Shown: positions 25,001-37,800 of the stretch, piece after piece
Numbering within the stretch: the first letter of the stretch is position 1
Layout: every line of letters begins with the position of its first letter
Assembly: GCA_023213395.1 (NCBI GenBank)
Contig: CM041465.1
Coordinates: forward strand, 207,335,741-207,399,740
Reading direction: 5' to 3'
Origin: Cycas panzhihuaensis
Taxonomy: Eukaryota > Plantae > Cycadophyta
DNA: 64,000 nt
The notes under the pieces: generated by a model
Told to the model about the DNA's origin: nothing
Seen by the model: the letters and a program-made list of their open reading frames with translations, nothing else
The model's database searches: none
Program-made: the position numbers and the translations under genes

Positions 25001-28000
25001 AAACTAAAGTTCATCCATGAAGGGCAGATGAAGGTTATTTTATAGGAGCCTCCTCCCACTTGATCATTATATTAATCTTGCCAAGTGGCTCGTGACCCAG
25101 TGAGGGGCAACAAGGATCTATCTACCTATTCCTCCACCTATTCAATTGATGTCCCTAGTACTTCTAGATCAGAGGAAGGGACCTCCTTTTTCTCCTCAAA
25201 TCTCATTCACTTCACCCCCATTGGTGTTGGGAGTTATGGATACCTCATCGTTTTGAGTGATCATGAGCCTAAGGATAAGGGCGAGGAGCCTCCTCACTCC
25301 ATATCCCTCCTTAACATCCATAGGAGGCACACATTTCATCACCCATCTAGTCTAGAGTCCCAACCCAAGACCTCTTTAGAGGAGTGTAGCACTTCTATCA
25401 CATTTAGGAAATCATGCATAGTCACTCCTGCCACATGTGTAGTCTCCCAATCTCCTTCATCTTCATCAACTCCCCATACCTTATCGCCCCCCATAGATAA
25501 TGAGGATGGGGAGCCTCTTATCCTATGACATAGGAGGATACCTTCTGACTCTTTCAAGGAGTCTCCAAACTTTATGGAGTGGTGGGTCAACTACTACAGA
25601 CCCATTGCTCCCCCTTCACCCCATTCCTCATCACCTCTAAGCAAGACTATCCACGAAATAGATTACTTTAAAAATGATGAGGCTCTATTAGAACATCTAG
25701 CTAGCTATGTGCCCAACTAAACTTCTGGTCACTATAAACTTGGTTTTTAGAAAAGCTTATCCCTAAGCACACCCCTAGCTGACCCAAATTAGTCTAACAC
25801 TCCTCTAACTCCTTCCATTAACTAAGCTCTCCTCTACTTTGAAGAGGGGAATGCTATGTGCATAGGGAAAACTAAGGATATTACCCTCACCCCTGGCAAG
25901 ATCATAAAGTTTGGAGTGGAATGTATATTTAAAGAAGTAGAGGAATATACACTCCTTTTCCAAGAGTTCTGTGACATCTTTATGTAGGACTATTTAGACA
26001 TGGAGGGAATAGATCCCTCCATTATTACCCACAACCTCACAACTATCCTAAGTGCCTACCCTATGTAGCAAAAATAGTGCCCTCTCTATTCTAAACTATC
26101 TACCATAATAAAAATGGAAGTGGAAAAGCTCCTAGATGTAGGACTAATCCCTTCCATTGATTACCCCAAGTGGGTATCCAATATCGTTCATGTCACTAAG
26201 AAGAACAGAATGATCTAAATCTGCATTGATTTTTGGGACATAAATAATGCTTGTCCTAAGGATAATTTTCCTTTGTTATTTATAGATCAGATCATCAATT
26301 GGATGGTAGGTTTTGAAGTCATATCCTTAATGGATAACTTCTCTAGATATAACCAAATATAAATATCTCTCGAAGACCATTATAAGATGGCCTTCACCAC
26401 CCTATGGGGCACATTTGCCTATAAGGCAATGGCCTTTAGATTAAAGAATGTAGGTGTTACTTATCAGAGGGTAATACAGTTTGTTTTCCATGACCTTAGA
26501 AACAAAACTCTCGAAGTTTTCATGGATGACATGATGGGCCTCTCCCTCAACAGGACCCACCACGCTAAGGGTTTATGTGCTATCTTTACACAATCCTACA
26601 AATACCATGTTAGTTTAAAGCTACTCAAATATGAATTTGTCATGATTGCCTACAAGCTTTTAAGTTTTCTTATCTCCAAACAAGGGATCCAGATTGACCC
26701 CAATAAGGTCAAATCCATTCTTGACATGCCCCCACCTAAAACACAACACCAAATTAAGTCATTTTTGGGTAGGTTGGGTTTTCTTAGGCATTTATTAGTA
26801 GACTTTTCCATAAATGCCAAACCTCTAACTAACTTGCTAAAGAGAGGGTGGGGGGGGGGGCATTTGTATGGTCTATCAAAGCCTAGGAAGCCATCCAAGA
26901 TCTCAAAAAAGCCTTGGCCTCCACCCCAGTCCTGTTGCCCCCTCTCTTTGATCATCCATTTATTCTTTATACCTAGTCTACCGATGAGTCCTTAGGAGCC
27001 ATGCTAGTCCAAGAAGATGATTCAAGGACCAAACATGTTATATATTTCATCAACTACGTATTAGTGGCAACTGAGCTTAACTACCCTCCTACTAAAAAGG
27101 AATGCCTAGCCTTGGTCCATGTGACTAAGAAGTTCAAACATTACCTCTCAGGAATACCACTCATATGATCATCTAATCCAATCTATTGAGGTACCTTTTA
27201 ACCTAGTCCAACTTGACTGGAAGAATAGGTAAATGGGCCATCCTCTTTTAAGAATATGACCTCAAAATCATTAATAGAAAATCAAAGAAAGGAATCTTGG
27301 TTGCTGAATAAGTAGTCGATGCCCCCCTTCCTAACCTTTCAAACCTTCTAGTTGATGATTCTTTACTTGATGAGCCTATCCTGACTATCCAAGACTCGTC
27401 ACCCCATCCACTAACTAGTAGTGAATGGTATGGTGATATTATACAATATCTTACTCAACAATAATACCCTTCCTTATACTAGCGATAAGGTAAAGTTGCA
27501 TGTTAGGGCTATAATTAGGAAATATTTTCTCATAAAGGAAGTATTGTATAAGAGATCCTTTAATGGAATTCACCTCTGCTATGTTAATCTTGATGAAGTG
27601 AACCAAATCCTTTGCGAGTATCATAGTGGCATTTATAGAGGCTATTTTGGAGGCCAATCCATAGCCTAGAGGATCCTTCACATGGGCTACTATTGGCCAT
27701 CCCTCTTTAAGGATGCCATGCTTATGCACAGTGTTGCCAAAGATGCCAGGAGTATACTAATGCTATCCACTTACCTTTGAGGCCCTACATCCTATTATTT
27801 TCCAATGGCCCTTTTCCCAATTGGGATTAGATATTATTGGAGCCATACCTTTATCTTTGTCATCGTAACATAAGTTCATATTAACTGCAATGGAATACTT
27901 AACCAAATGGGCTAAAGTAGTCCTAATGTCATCTACTACTAGAAAGATCATTATCACCTTTATCTATCAACATATTATCTATTAATTCATGGTCCCAAAT

Positions 28001-28668
28001 ATCCTAATCATAGATAATGGCACACCTTTTTGCAATAAAGAGGTGGATGAACTTTTTGAGAAGTTTAAGATATCTCACAAGACCTTCTCTCCTTATTACC
28101 CCCAAGCTAATGGCCAAATTGAATCATTCAAATAAATTCTTATTAATATTTTAAAGAAAACGGTTGCCTAATTCCAAAGGGATTGGCTCCTTCAACTCCC
28201 TTCTGCCTATGGGCTTATCGTACTTGCATTCACACTGTGACAGGGATGACCCCATTCTACCTTGTATATGGGACCAAAGTGGTCCTCCCTTTGGAAGTCA
28301 AGATCCCTTCCTTATGGGTTTCTCTTCGAGGTCTTGTTGATGATGAATCATGCCACCAGGCCTACCTCCTTGATCTTGAAGCCTTGGATGAGAAATGCTT
28401 GGCAGTATACTAAGTGGACCTCACCTCTAAGGCTAGAGTATAAAGGATGTATGATAAATATCTATGTCCTCATCTACTAAACCCTAGGGATCATGTCCTT
28501 AATCTTGAGTACCTCCACAAATGTCTATCCAAGTTTGGGCCCAAGTGGTTTAGCCACTTTGTCATCCTTAAGAGCCTTAATAATGGCACATACAGGATAA
28601 TGACATTGGAGGGTCTTGAATTTAAGAAAGCCCTAAATGGTAAATTCTTAAAGAAGTTTTATGTATGA
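22100..28668 (+). pseudogene. G1 gag-pol: P/S-rich N-terminus, gag, PROT, RT, RH, INT (heavily interrupted; start approximate)
   Basis: VPKFDG (~23175), WCSIHGKCFHKDSLC, VVNNGSSINV (~24735), AFTTLWGTFAY, FMDD, GRIGKWAIL, WPFSQLGLDIIG, YYPQANGQIES, ALNGKFLKKFYV*. Confidence 0.93.
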
Positions 28669-29280
28669 TCATTTCTACTTCTAAGTAGAATAATCACACT
28701 TTTCCTTGATCTAAAATGAGCCTAAACTACTGCTTTAGGCATACCATTATTCCTACTAATTAAAAGAGTAATGATTTTTTAGAGTCACTCCCTATCATCT
28801 TGATTTCATTATTGTATCTCTTTGTCTCCTTTATAAAGGAGTCCCGCCCTTTTCCTAGTTGGGCAAGTAAAACTCATTTACTTTTGAGGGTGGGGTCACC
28901 TCCTAACTTAAGCCCTTTTCATTTGGATATCCATACCTCCCTTGCTATTGTTCTGTAGTGAGGCCACCATGTTCTTCCCAAGGAAAATATGTGCTGCCCT
29001 CACCTAGTCCCATACATAACCATCCAATATATACATGATGATCATATGCACCTAGTGTGAGTGTGGGGTTGCATAAAAAGAAGCAAGCATGCATGGCTTA
29101 TATGTAATATGATCAAAACCATAGTGTAACAATCAAATCAAACCATCTAAGTGCATAATCCCCCATGCATCCGTGCACTTATATTCATGTGTATCCATGT
29201 CCATTTCTACCTATGATCATAAATAAAATAATAAAATCATAGAGATAATGAATAATATCATCATATATCAAAATGGGATG

Positions 29281-29283
<3 letters not shown>

Positions 29284-29346
<63 letters not shown>
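29284..29346. repeat. (AT)n microsatellite
   Basis: Directly visible. Confidence 0.98.
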
Positions 29347-29351
<5 letters not shown>

Positions 29352-29499
29352 GTATAATTATATGATACATCATCTCAACAATGTACCTAAGGAAGCTAGA
29401 ATCCTTGCAGGGAGGAGTACAATCATGTATACATATGTGATAAATAAACTCCCTAGAGGTCCTAATCTTTCCTACCAAAATACATAATACAAAAGTCTC

Positions 29500-31985
29500 T
29501 TGGATACTCTCTCCTCATGGGGTGTCATCCCCTCATCTACCTAATCCCTCGCTAAGAGACCACATCCCTCCCAGGCTCCTATGATGTCTCTGTGAGGTCC
29601 CAGCCTCACTCTCGTCATCTCGTACCCTCCACAGGGTCATGGTCATCATGTGTGTGCCGCTGCATGATGACTAAGCAGCCATCCAGTTGACTAAGTGGTC
29701 GTACCACTCTTACAAGTAGTCCTTCTCGATCAAGACATGATCCCTCTCTCTCTCTACTTTATGGAGCCTCTCCTCCAGCACAATGACCTATATCTAGCTC
29801 CCTGCATTGACCCCTTCTCCTCATGGATAATCCTCCAGCTCTCTCACTTAGCCTTGCAATAAGTCCCTCTCTATTAGTAATTGATCCCTCTTTACCTGCA
29901 TCCCATTCTGAGTGTGATGTAACTGTCTCATGCTCACCTGGTGCTCCTGGGTCACGATAGCCCATATATCTTGTGCTCATATGAGGGGGTGAATTCTATT
30001 ATGTGTGCCCCCACTAATCAAGGCTCCTCACTCTCCATGATGGGAGGTTGTCCCTCCTCATATACATGAAGGAATAACTCGTGAACTACAACCTCTATCA
30101 ATGTTGCCATCTCATCACCACCTGTTAAACCATGCATATCATGTGTCAGTCTAAAATATACATAGTGGCATATCAAAGTATAAGAATAAGTATCTGAGGA
30201 AGCAATAACTAATAAAAATGAAATCTAAAGCTAAAATCAAGGGAGAATCTCACCTATTAGGATAGTCAACTCCTCCTCTCTCATGATCTCCTTATCTTCT
30301 TCTCCCTCAACTACTACCTCTGCTTCCTTGACCCTTGGTACCATCTGCTCACCCTCCTCGTGAGCTACTGGTGTATCTCCTCCCTCTGTCCTCTCAACTC
30401 CCAAGGCCTCCCCCTTCCCTGTAGTTATCACTACCTCTATTGCCACTACCATAGATACTACTACCTTTGGGAATCTGTCAGTAGCTCCCTCGCCTACCTC
30501 TGCACCTCCCTCTAGTCCTACTGTAGTACCCTCATCTCCTCCCTCCTTACCTTTACCATCATTTGGATAGTCACCTAACTCCCCTCCCTCCTCATCACTT
30601 GCCCAATGGATCACTCAATAAGGATCTGCTATATAGTCATTGAGTGTGAGTAGGTCTACTAAGGTAGCTACCATAGAGTGTCTTACATGCACCTAGTCCT
30701 AACTACCCCTAAAACCTATCTGGAATCAATGAACTATAGGTGCACTAGCAGATATCAGGTGGGGTCCTCCTGGTGGGGCTACTCCTCTAAAATGATAAAA
30801 AAACCAACACTACAATAGCGTGCAATAAGAGAAACCACCTCTCTTAACTATCCTAATATAGTCAAGCTAAGCCACCAGATTAACTGCTATCAATGTAGCC
30901 TAGTCAAATCATTCTCCCACCTTGCATCTACATATGGTGGTCATCAAACCACCAAGAATATCCCTATAGTTTTGTTTATGGGAAATCCAAAATAGAATAG
31001 CGAGTGTGATGAGTTTCCTCACTTACCGAACCCTAGATAAAACCATAGACTATACAAAAAGCCCTTTGTGTTCCCATCTACTCCTGCTAATAAAAAATCT
31101 AGCTACCTCTTGACGGGCGACATCTATGCTAGGTAGGGTTCCCAATAAAGTTGGTGTACCTCCAGCTAGCACCTTGAGTATCCTTTGGATATCCTCTAGA
31201 GTGATGCTAATATCCCCCACTTATAGGAGATAAAAAGCATGTCTCCTCCTATCCTAGTAAGACACTATGTCTACTAGGAGCCTCTGGTCAAATGCATACT
31301 ATAGCATCTTGATGATCTTCAATAGCCTGTAGCATCATGTTATTACCCTCTCTTGTAAGCTCATTATCTCGATGAAGTTAATCATAGCCGTCACGATGTT
31401 TTCATGATTATTGACCATAAGAACTTCCTGTAAATATCTATAAATCATGAGTTAGCCCCCATGACCCAACTATTATATCATCTTCCCCCTCTCTAGTTGG
31501 CCTAGGTCGGCTGAAACTTAGCTGAGCTATCAAAATAGAAAAAGTTCTTTTTTTCTTTTCCCTTAATGGGATTCCACCGCATGTCAATATCTATGATACT
31601 ATAGATATTGATACATGCCCCACTGAGATTTTTCTAGGTCTTTTGCAGGCCCTACTCCAAACTTTGCAACACCACAACAAATGTCATGGGGCCATGGCTA
31701 CCCCCCTTAAAAAGGGGGGGTGGCCATAAAAATCCAAAAAAAATATTTTTAATGGACTTAACTCGATCCACTAAGACTAGAGTTGCCTAATGCCCTAGTC
31801 CTCCCCCTCCCCGAGCCCCTACCTATGACCCTTATAGGACCCAAATTTCTAAAAAAGAGCATTAAAATTAAATGATTTAAAAGCAAGGATAAAGGCAAGA
31901 TCCACTTACTAGATTTGGTCTAATGCCCACTATCTCTCTATCATGGTCCCAACAACTATCTCCTCACCAAAATCTAATGGTTGAA
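29500..31985 (-). pseudogene. Spliced antisense gene of G1: plant mobile domain (PF10536-like) plus acidic tract and coiled coil; ends approximate
   Basis: Minus strand reads LLVDIVSY*DRRRHAFYLL*VGDISITLEDIQRILKVLAGGTP, FD*ATLIAVNLVA*LD, GFSYCTLL*CWFFYHF and DLLTLNDYIADPY, the PMD motifs in order. Phase-consistent GT-AG intron at 30253-30122; a further acceptor with CTAAC branch point at 31428. Confidence 0.85.
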
Positions 31986-32062
31986 TCTCCTACAGTGAGC
32001 TTACAAAGTGTGGTAAAGCCTAGTTACTCAAAGGAAAGGGCTCCAGATCGTATGAGGGGCCT

Positions 32063-33083
32063 ATGAAAATGAAATCCATTTTTACTCCCTTGCCCTCTTT
32101 TATTCGTGGGGCCTCCCGAGATGCCATCTTCATTTCCTCCAAGGGGATAGCCCTCATGACCCATTTTCTTCCTTCATTTCCCTTTCTTATAGGCCATGAG
32201 CCCTATCTCATCCCTCAAACCTCCTTTTTCACCCTTTTCTACGTATTTATAGTGAGTTTCTTTAGCTCATTTGAGGCCCACTGTCTCAATTTTTATGTCT
32301 CTCCAAAACCTACCTTTATTTATACTCTATCAGATTGCTTTAACATACTGAATCTATTTTTCTATCCGTTCAAGCCCCCAAGTCTCTGGGTGAGATCTTC
32401 CTCTCCTTTTAGGCCATTGTTAGCCCTATCATAAACCCCAAGGATTGTCAAAAGAGCATATTTTAGCATTGATTCTTGACCCTTCCATCAAGCAAGTGAG
32501 AGCCTAGTAGTTGACCCTCAAGGTTCTCCTATTCCTCTGTAGATAATATATCTAGTTATTTTGAGTTATTATAGCCCCATTGCCACTTTTTTCATCTTAG
32601 TAGGGATATTAACTATTTTCTTTATAAACTGGCCTAAACTCCCTCTTTTCGCCATAGTTCTACTTGTTTTTACTAATGGTGGTAGTCATAGCAACCATGA
32701 ACCCTCTATAGCCCTGTGGATCCTTTGCGATACCTCCAAGAATGACTACATGTGTTATGGGGTCTACTTGCTTGAGGCTACAAATAATGAAGCTGAATAC
32801 ATAGTCATTATCAAAGCCCTTGTCGACATACTTCACTTCTACCATGGTCCTATTAACCTCTATTGTGACCCTTAAATTGTTGTGTCATAACTAACCTAGG
32901 TTTACCAAGTTCATTACCCATGATTTGAGGTCCCTCACCTTGACCATTGGGTCATTATCTCTCTTTTACTCTATGGATATCTGATATATCCCTCAAGACC
33001 ATAATGTTGAGGCTAACAGCCTTATCCACTGTATCTTAGAGTATCGCTTCCCTTCTCTAGGCAATCCATCATCAAGTCTATAG
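32063..33083 (+). pseudogene. Separate 3' ORF: unknown N-terminal region plus archaeal-type RNase H (RVT_3/aRH)
   Basis: VFTNGGSHSN, ATNNEAEYIVIIKAL, LYCDP*IVVS*L, YIPQDHNVEANSL. ORFs 32063-32434 and 32561-32875 are in the same frame. Confidence 0.85.
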
Positions 33084-33659
33084 GCTAAACCTCCTCCCTT
33101 TAAGAGACTTACATCATTGACCAGTTTCCTTGGCACCTCTCAAAGTAGGCTACTAATGAGATTAAGCTATGGTGACCATAAGTTTATGTCTTTACTCCAT
33201 TCTCATGCCATTTGTAGCATGATCTTTTGTATAATTGTACTTTATATTTATAGATTTTTAGCTTGAATTTATATATCTTTTGGCTATGTTCACATTCTAT
33301 ATAGAATTTGCATTATATATGCAAATGATGGGGGTAACTTCCCCCCCTCCCCCCCCTGCCATTCTCCCTTCCTTTTGTATTACACTCTTGGGCATCATAT
33401 AGGCAATCCCCATGCTACCTTGTCTCCACATTACATGCACTCTGGGTCTAGGGTTCTGTACCTCGAGGGTGGGTAGGTCACTGCTCCCTAACCTCTCCCA
33501 AATGCATATCCCTATCTATGTAATCCATTATAGTATTCACTACTTACCTTGGACAATGACATATTAGCATAAGTATATGTTACTAATTTATTTTGTATTA
33601 ATAGCATTCACCATTGTCAGATACTTTTGAGCGACAAGGTTATGTTACCAAGGGGGTAG

Positions 33660-34875
33660 TGTTTCTTGGCCAGTGGGGATGGGAAGGAATGGCATCTCTC
33701 TAGTAAGCATAGGTATATATTCCTATTTCTTGCCCTGTCTACTTTTATGGCATGATGAGATGCATTTATGATTTTAGTGGTATGATATGGTTACATAGCT
33801 TATTTTGTTGCTTGGTCTACTTGCCTAGTTCTTGCTTGTGACTTTGTTTTCAGCCTATGATGACTTGGACCACGGTCCTGTGGCATCATATAACTCATAA
33901 AAGCACCTCCCTAGAGTTTTCAAGTACCTATGGGCCTCTACAACCCATCTTGACTCATTTCTAGTTTGTCATATAACTTATCAAGTTGGATTCTAACTTG
34001 CTTACTTGTTAAAGTCCTTTTATATTGACATTGATACTTGCCCTTCCCCTTTTCTACATATTGGGAAGCCCAACCACTACCTAGAGCCCATAAAAGACCC
34101 TACCAACCCTCCAATCTCTATTTATGTACCCTTGGGCTAGTCTCTTATATTATTCTCTAGGTTATTTTTATTATTCTTTTATATTTCTTCATCCCACTTC
34201 AAACTTTGTGACACCACATTAACCTTCACAGTACCACAAACTTTATTGTAGATGGACTGTCCATTAATTGTTGCAGTTAGAAAATGGCTATATTGACATT
34301 TATTATGAATTTGACACATGGCCGAAGGGTCTTTCCCACCTAAATTGAATCCTAGCATCTCTAAAACCCTAATTTGAACATAAAAACCTAATTTTAAACT
34401 CATTTTCCAATCTCTCATGATAAAAAATGGCTCTTCTCTCTTCTTTTCTCCTTTCTTCTTCCATTCTAAGTTTGATAGGGCAAAAACCCTAGCTTATAGG
34501 TCTAAAAGAAGGATTCTTTAGTGAGATAACTCTCTTCTCAACCTCAATAAGGAAATAACAACTATTTTTTCTGAGATTCAAGGTTCTTCCCCTTTCTAAA
34601 GGAGGCCAACTCCACCAAGAAAGTAGGATTTTGGTTTCCATTCTCCTTGACTATGAGGTAACTTCCAATTTTTATAGATCTTCATGGCTAAAAATATGTT
34701 TTTTTTTTTCTGTTGTTCTCCTTTGAATACGCCTTATTTCATTAGTTATACTTCCTAATATATATTTTAGCATATAGTTTTGCTCCATTTTATTAAGTAA
34801 GGAGAGCCAAGACCTCTTATTTCTTCTTGTTGTTATCATCCTATCCTATGGTTTCTACTAGCCAACGATAAGATG
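33660..34875 (+). repeat. Central Tat LTR shared by G1 and G2 (3' end provisional)
   Basis: Preceded by a PPT and followed by a leader homologous to 19152 onward. Confidence 0.75.
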
Positions 34876-37800
34876 ATCTTTGGGCCACTCTTGGGAAGCC
34901 AAAGGAAGGACAAATGGATAGAGTTCTGACTTCTAAAACCACTTCCTCTAGGGCAACCCCCACTTCTCAAGATCCCTTCACACCATACCTGCTCCATAAG
35001 CTAGTGCATCCCATCAGTTATGATCCCTTCCACATTTGCAATATTCACAACACTTGTAATATACGTTTTATTAACAATTTGTGCACATATTGCTTACTAG
35101 AAGCCCTCATCATTTCTACACCTTCTTTGATAATGTTTACAACTTTTACAACATTTGCATCTTCTACAATATCTATAGCTTTTACAAGATTTGTAACATT
35201 TACAATAATTACAGCTTTTACAAACCCTTACACGTATTTTGTCTAAACCATTTGTTTCCACCCAACTCACCTATATAATACCTAGCTATCTAGAAGGTGT
35301 TTTATTCATAGGAGATAGCCATCTCGAGGCTACCATCTCCTCTTTCTTTCAACCCCCTTTCCCCCCTTTTATGGTTACATAAGAACATTGATGTATGTAA
35401 GGAGAATAATATGATGATTATCATTATTTTTCTTTCATTATAAGAAGTAAACCTTTATTCTCACTAAGGTAGAACACATGTGCACTACTATATATATACA
35501 TGTATGCATATGCTTGTGGCTTGTAAAGGTTTACATGTGTTTTCCAAATCATAAGAATGGTTGCCTTCCTACGTAAGCAAGGTGACACCACAATAAAGAG
35601 GTACTACTCCATCCCTTCCTTCACTTGCCTTCTTTTAGTTCTATTATTTCATTTCATTTCTATTTTATTTGCTTTAAAGCATTTTGGGGAAGGTAAGGAA
35701 GCCCCTTTCAAGCTTTGCCTATGACACCCACTATGGAAAGGGAAATGAGGTTTTCAATAAAGAAGATGTGAAGAGAAGAATCATGTCACTCCATCGATCG
35801 ATGCATTTCTAGGTGTACTCCACTAACCTCCCCTCTCTTTGCCCCTTTCTCTCCCTCTTTTCCCTTGAATAAAAAATATATCAAAAAGACAAGTATTCTA
35901 TTTTAGTTTCTTTCATACACTTACATATCACATAAGGGAGGGAAAGCATAAAATTAACTAAGCATCTTTTCTTCTTTCCTCTTGCACTAGAAATGAAGTG
36001 TTATATAGTTTTTCTTTTCCTTTGACTCTACATGTTGCATATTGAAAAGTTATAAGGAAAGCACACTTAATCCCTTTCTTGCACTAATAGGAAACATTAT
36101 TCTATCTTTCTTATTAGTTACATTAAGAAAAGGAAATAGTTGCATGTAGATAGTATTTACATTCTCACCCTTCCCTCTCGTCCCATTAAATAACATTTTG
36201 AGAGAAAAGGAATTAAGAGTGAGGGAGAGTAGCTAGCATCTCTTGCTTGCAACATAAATATTACAACAACTAAACATTACAATAATTATCAATTATAAGT
36301 AAAGCTACCTCCACCATAATAAATAAACAAATGCCAACCTATCTCCCTCCTCCTCATAATTTGAGGAGAGATCTCTAAAACCTAATTACTCCAATTGCAT
36401 CTAAGGCCAAACAATAAACTACATATACCCCCACATACTTCCAATAATAATCACTCCTCCCTATTGCTTATAGGCTTCCTTTTTCGTAAGGAACCATCAC
36501 CCTCTTACCTCCTCCTTAAAAGGAGGCCTTTCTTCCCTTCTCTCTCACCTGAAGGGTAGGAGAGCCCATCTATGGCTGCTTGGTAATCTGAGGATGCCTC
36601 TTTTCCCAAACCAAACCTAGGAAGGTACTCAGAAAGAATGGAAGGTTATAGTGTTATTTGTGGGTCCTGAACCTACATTTCAATGCATTGACACCTTTTG
36701 AGGGTAACCTATCCCTCTTTTTGAGGTTTCTAGGCCCTTATTATAGTTATGGTACCAGCTTAGGAGCTCTCACCCATAATGACCCCCCTAAAGGCACACT
36801 TCCACTAGTGACCATACTAGGGATCCACCTATAAGGGAACATTATAATTTTCCCTTGTATTAGTATTGCCTTTCTTATTTTGTATATACCTTTTAGATTT
36901 GTTGGGCAACCCCCAACACCTTTTCTTTTACTTTTACCCTTACCTCATCTAAAGTTATAGGTGAGATAAATGTGATGATTTTCTCGTCATTTACAAGGTC
37001 TCCCTCCCACTTCAGAAGAGTCTCCATGTTCCTCCATTCCCTTGTCCGATTTTTAATCGGCTATGGAGGAATATCCATCAGAATGGACATACCAAGCCTA
37101 TGTTTTTGAAATACTACAACAAACTTCAACCTCTTTCTAGGGTCTTTCCCAAGAGGGTAATGACCCTATCTTCTACCAGATGATCAAGAACACTCAAACC
37201 TCTACCATTTTCCCATACATGATATGGGTGTGTCATCCTCTATGGAGTACCACCTCCTTAGCCAAAGTGCCCATGGGGATTGACCTGTAGGTTCCATTTC
37301 ACATGAGGAGCCTTTCACCCCATGCAAGCAATTGGGGACCCCTCCTATAGATGTTGTAGAAGTGTTGCAGTAGTGTTTCCAAGCTATAAGTGCCAGCCAC
37401 CCCCAAAGTTACTGGAAAGTATTCTTCATAGTATGGTATTTCCTTCTTCCTCATATGTACCTCCTAGTTCTTCCCAATCCACACTTATGACCATAACAAG
37501 GCCACCCCTTATCATTCCATATTCTTCATGTAACTCTCATGCCCAAGGGACTATCCAAGGCATGCTCACATCTTAAATTGGGTTAAGCATGCCTCTCCCA
37601 AGTCAGGAAACCACACCTCAACCGACTATGGTTCATGCCCCTCTTACACAACTTAGGAGACCTCATGTCTCCCATCTTCGAGCCACATGAGATTTACCCC
37701 CATGCATCTGCAGTCTCAACCAAGAGATTCTTCACTTTACCTACCCAAAAGATTTGCATCCCAACCATAGGAGATTCTTCCCTTTCCCATTCTAGTTTAT

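Larger units (their letters stand above)
2031..34875 (+). mobile_element. Ty3/Gypsy Tat-type retrotransposon unit G1 (order PROT-RT-RH-INT, then antisense PMD gene and aRH; TatIII-like), containing nested insertions
   Basis: LTR start tatttcctcgcc (2031) matches tgtttcttggcc (33660), which follows PPT aagggggtag (33650-33659). Gypsy domain order with Tat-type RT motifs (WVSNIVHVTKKN, KDNFPLLFIDQ, FMDD). The LTR 3' boundary is uncertain (see findings). Confidence 0.88.

Noticed and set aside
29248-29487. ORFs with IYIYIY runs on both strands
   Set aside because: Translation of the (AT)n microsatellite.
32561-32670. Hydrophobic stretch suggesting an env-like membrane protein
   Set aside because: It runs directly into RNase H motifs, and C>T decay inflates F/I/L content. 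There is no other env evidence.
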